Both the position numbers and the translations under genes were made by a program. A stretch of 64,000 bases of DNA, taken from Hormiphora californensis. Taxonomy: Eukaryota; Animalia; Ctenophora. Positions 59,955 through 64,000 of this stretch are shown piece by piece. A model generated the notes under the pieces. That model ran no database searches. It saw nothing but the letters and a program-made list of their open reading frames with translations, and had not been told where the DNA came from. Where the stretch lies: positions 868,001 through 932,000 of the forward strand of contig CM035354.1 of assembly GCA_020137815.1 (NCBI GenBank), in the 5' to 3' direction. Numbering within the stretch: position 1 is the first letter of the stretch; each line of letters starts with the position of its first letter.

Positions 59955-62188
59955 TAGATAAAGTTTTTTGGAGACCGGACCTAGGTTACGTATTTTTGAC
60001 CGAGGAATCCGAAAAACATAAAATTAAAATCGAAAACGTAGCGGTTTTTGTGTAAAACGGCAAAAACTGTCATTTTTCAGCGATTTTCGACTTTTTACGC
60101 TTTCTAGAGATTTTAAAAATATGTCCTTACAAGATATGATCTTGTGCTTCTAGACTAATAAAATACAATCGATTTGCTACAAATTGGTCCCGGGTTTGTG
60201 TGATTTGGTCAAAAGCTCTCTTTACTGTGGCCCATCAAAGATGGCCACTCTGCAAATACGTTTTTGACTCTTGTGGCCGCAGATGTAAACCAAAAGAAGA
60301 TTTATTATACACCAAAATTTGCGTCTTCTGAAGGCGAACAACCTGGTTTTTACGAAATTTGATTTCATGCAGGCGTTCAAAAATTACAGCCGAAAAACTG
60401 GTACAGTGGATTTCGGAAATACCCCTACTTCAACAAACCCTAATCCAGATAAGATTTCGAAAAATATACATCTTCATACATGAAAATGAAGCTCAGACAA
60501 ATGCCAACGTGATGCAAAAAACGGGAAGTGTGTAACTTATTTCGTTTAGAAGCTATAGCGAAAATAAAAGTGCTTGTATTTGCCTTGAAAACATCCTCTA
60601 AAAGCCCTGAAAAATAGCAAATCTGTCTAAAAATGCAATACGAATAAAATGTCACCTCCAGTGCACCAACTTAGCCCCCTGTGGACAGAATTTGTTTGAA
60701 ATTGTCAGAAATTGTCTGAAAGTATGGTTTTTAGAGGGTGTTTTCAAGGCAAATACAAGCACTTTTATTTTCGCTATAGCTTCTAAACGAAATAAGTTAC
60801 ACACTTCCCGTTTTTTGCATCACGCTGGCATTTGTCTGAGCTTCATTTTCATGTATGAAGATGTATATTTTTCGAAATCTTATCTGGATTAGGGTTTGTT
60901 GAAGTAGGGGTATTTCCGAAATCCACTGTACCAGTTTTTCGGCTGCATGAAATCAAATTTCGTAAAAACCAGGTTGTTCGCCTTCAGAAGACGCAAATTT
61001 TGGTGTATAATAAATCTTCTTTTGGTTTACATCTGCGGCCACAGGAGCCAAAAACGTATTTGCAGAGTGGCCATCTTTGATGGGCCACAGTAAAGAGAGC
61101 TTTTGACCAAATCACACAAACCCGGGACCAATTTGTAGCAAATCGATTGTATTTTATTAGTCTAGAAGCACAAGATCATATCTTGTAAGGAAATATTTTT
61201 AAAATCCATATAATAAATTCCAAAATGTTAGTCCGATAATTGTTTTCTCCCTACTCCTCCTACAGTTTTTGAGCTAGACCCCTGAAAATTTGTACACTGG
61301 TACTTTGGACCAAGGCGGGTGTAAGTACGGGCTCAGATTTTTGATCCGATCTTTACAACAGTGACGTCACGGGGTGACGTCATTGCGACAAAAAGACTTA
61401 CATTTTTCAAACGCTTCATTTTACATGATAGCGATTTCCCGTAACTCAATGTTTAAGGGTCGTAAATCGCGTCGGGAAAGTTAAAAATGCCAAAAATACG
61501 ATATTTTTCACCGTAGCCACCCAAAATCTTATCCAATCGATATGAAACTTGGTCGTTATGTGAATTTTAATGTCCTTTGGCCAGGGGTTCCCGGAAAACG
61601 GATTGGCAAGATGAGAACTGACCGGAGTTCTTATAATTCTAAATTCACGAATTTGGAATTTTTCGTCGACTTTTTTTTGGCGAGGAAATTTTCAATACAA
61701 TGAATTTTAAAATTTTACACTGTAGTGGAAGCTCTTACGGTATTTCCCACGCCCCGTGGGAAAGTTTTTGACCGTGGGAAAGTTTTCAAACCGTGGGAAA
61801 AGAGAGATACATACAATAACCTTTAAAAAATAATTATTTTTTGTATGTTACTGTATGTATCTCTCTTTTCCCACGCTTTGAAAACATTCCCACGGTCAAA
61901 AACTTTCCCACGGGGCGTGGGAAATACCGTAAGAGCTTCCACTACTGCGTAATTCTAGGTTCCGCGCGCGGCGTAAAAAAGCAGCGCTTTTTCGGGAAAA
62001 TTCGCGTGTTACAGTAAATGATTTACCCGCCTCGCCAAAATTGTAACGCGCTCCTACTATGAGACTCATTGCTCTAAGGAACAAACAAATTAATTTATCT
62101 TTTAAAAATCAAACACAAATGTCACCAGTTATATGAGGATAAATTACCATTTACCAGGTCACGGGTTCCCAGCAAACGGGTACTCTAG
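59955..62188. mobile_element. Composite non-coding repeat region with two nested palindromes; outer boundaries uncertain
   Basis: Inverted arms ~60109-60605 and ~60726-61206 (17-bp deletion in the right arm); second palindrome ~61722-61820 and ~61847-61946; CTAG-type ends near 59954 and 62185. Confidence 0.6.
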
Positions 62189-62324
62189 TAAAATAAGATC
62201 TTCTAATATAAAGAATTGATTCACATCACCATTTACACTGTCAAAAACTAAATATATCAGAGAATCGATCGCGGTGAAATTCCATAATAAACTTTCCAGA
62301 TTTTGTCTCTTGTATCTCGATTAG

Positions 62325-64000
62325 AAACAACCAATCACCGTTATCTCGCTCAGAAACAACCAACTTGAGATCATCGTCCGACAACCAATTTCATTAAAAC
62401 TATTCCCTTCACAGGGAAGGGCCCTTCAGTCTTTAACTTTCTACAAAATCGTATATAACCCTAGTTATAACCCTAGTTATAACCCTAGTTATAACCCTAC
62501 GTTAGGGCCTGTCTCGCCTACGAGCAATCTTTTACTGTTAAATGGGAGAAGTTTAAGTCCAGCAGGTGATACATGTTGGAAACTTGGGCTTATTAGAGAC
62601 TATGTTAAGCAAGAGAAAACTCCCATAGTAACCATTGCAGTAACTGAGACTTGGTTTAAAGGCTATCATTCTGATGCCCAGGTTCAGATACCAGGGTATG
62701 ACGTGTATAGAAGTGATAGAGAAAACCGAGTGGGCGGTGGCTGTGCCTTATATGTTCAATGTTCGCTGGCTGTTTCTGATACTACATGTTTTGCGAGTGC
62801 GAATAACAATATGTGTGCTGTTTATGTTGAACAAATAAACACTATTTATGCTGTTGTGTATCGCTCTGAGTCAAGTGTGTTAGATTTTCAAAAGCTGATG
62901 GACAATCTCCAGACTTTTATTGATAATCACAGTGATGATCGATTACCAGAGGTCATAGTTTCTGGGGACTTTAATCTTCCTCTTTTTCAGTGGGCTGATG
63001 GGTCGTCTGTTCCGATTGACAAGCCTAACTACAATGTTGTTGCTGATTTCATGGACGCAAACTTTCTATCCCAAGTTGTTGAGGGCCCTACAAGAGGCAA
63101 CAACACGTTAGACCTTGTGTTTACTAACCGCCCGGAATATTTCAGCAATATCTCTATTACGGATGGGGGTATCTCGGATCATTCCTGGGTATCATGTGAA
63201 CTCTCATTCAACCCTCTCGGTCCCAAAAGTATATTTCTTCCCAGTATACTTGAGGGTTATCGGCAATTGGATCTTCAGTCGGCTGACTTCACTAGTATTA
63301 ATGCAGAACTAGCGGCTACTGATTGGGATCAAATGTTGACGGAATGTGAAGAACTGGGAGATGAGGATGGTTCCCTTTTTGTGGAGGCCATGCGTGACAA
63401 AGTTTTCAAAGTTGTAAAGTCACACTGTCGATTGAAGAAAATCAGGAAAGAGTTTGTGGACAAAGAACTGAAGCACTTGACCAGCAGGAGACGTAAATTG
63501 GTTAAACGCGAGAACGGTTCAGACAAATGGATATCACAGATGGACTGTATAATTGGCAGGATAAAGGAACACTTGATATCAAGGGAAAGGAAGACAGAGA
63601 GGAAGGCTGTGGACGTTATTAAAGAGAACCCGAAGTTCTTTTATTCACATGTCAAGAAGAAATCTAAAGTCAGATCTTCAGTTGCACCCCTTGAGCGTGA
63701 AGATGGTTCACTAACTGTGGATCCTCAAGAGAAGGCTGGACTACTCCAACACCAGTTTTCCAGCGTTTTTAGCGACCCTTCCGCTATCGACCCCACAGAG
63801 GCAGCTGGTAACGTTGAGGACCTCGGTGAGATCCTGACAAGTTTGGAGTTCTCGCAGAATTGTATTCAGACTGCGTTGGGGGAACTGAAACCATTCTCAG
63901 CCTCCCCTCCAGACTGCATTCCTTCAGCTGTTCTGAAACAGTGTCGCAGTAGCCTGTCATACCCGATTTGGATGCTGTGGAACAGGTCATTTGAAGACGG
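62325..64000 (+). mobile_element. CR1-group LINE ORF2 (endonuclease plus linker), running off the right edge
   Basis: Open frame LLLNGRSL...AVTETW...QIPGYDVYRSDRENRVGGGCALYV...VVYRS...SGDFNLP...PTRGNNTLDLVFTN...SDHSWV...ENPKFFYSHVKKK. Same clade as the LINE at 29.4 kb but a different family. (ctagttataacc)n repeat at ~62455-62500. Confidence 0.88.

Overview
Eukaryotic (invertebrate animal) genomic DNA with short GT-AG introns and abundant (AG)n microsatellites. It is compatible with a compact ctenophore-like genome, but the taxon is an inference. Seven host genes were reconstructed by hand: SLC12A8-like (5' part), SAC1 (10 exons, three apparent +1 frameshifts), a bacterial PepO-type M13 metallopeptidase with one intron (HGT candidate), a C2H2 zinc-finger factor, FRA10AC1, ANKRD42 and LASP. 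Mobile DNA is diverse. There are near-perfect foldback elements with different target-site duplications (TTAA, 4 bp, 8 bp, TA), two CR1-group LINEs, and an L2-type LINE whose RT core is deleted and whose ORF1 is fused to its endonuclease. The most notable feature is a 3.48-kb miniature Polinton/Maverick in ANKRD42 intron 2, with AGTAGT termini, a 6-bp TSD and ~560-bp TIRs. It has no integrase, polymerase core or capsid genes. It does carry three intact, TATA-preceded small genes, one resembling the N-terminal (putative terminal-protein) region of Polinton pPolB, so it is a candidate helper-dependent satellite element. Protein assignments come from recalled family motifs; no database searches were run.
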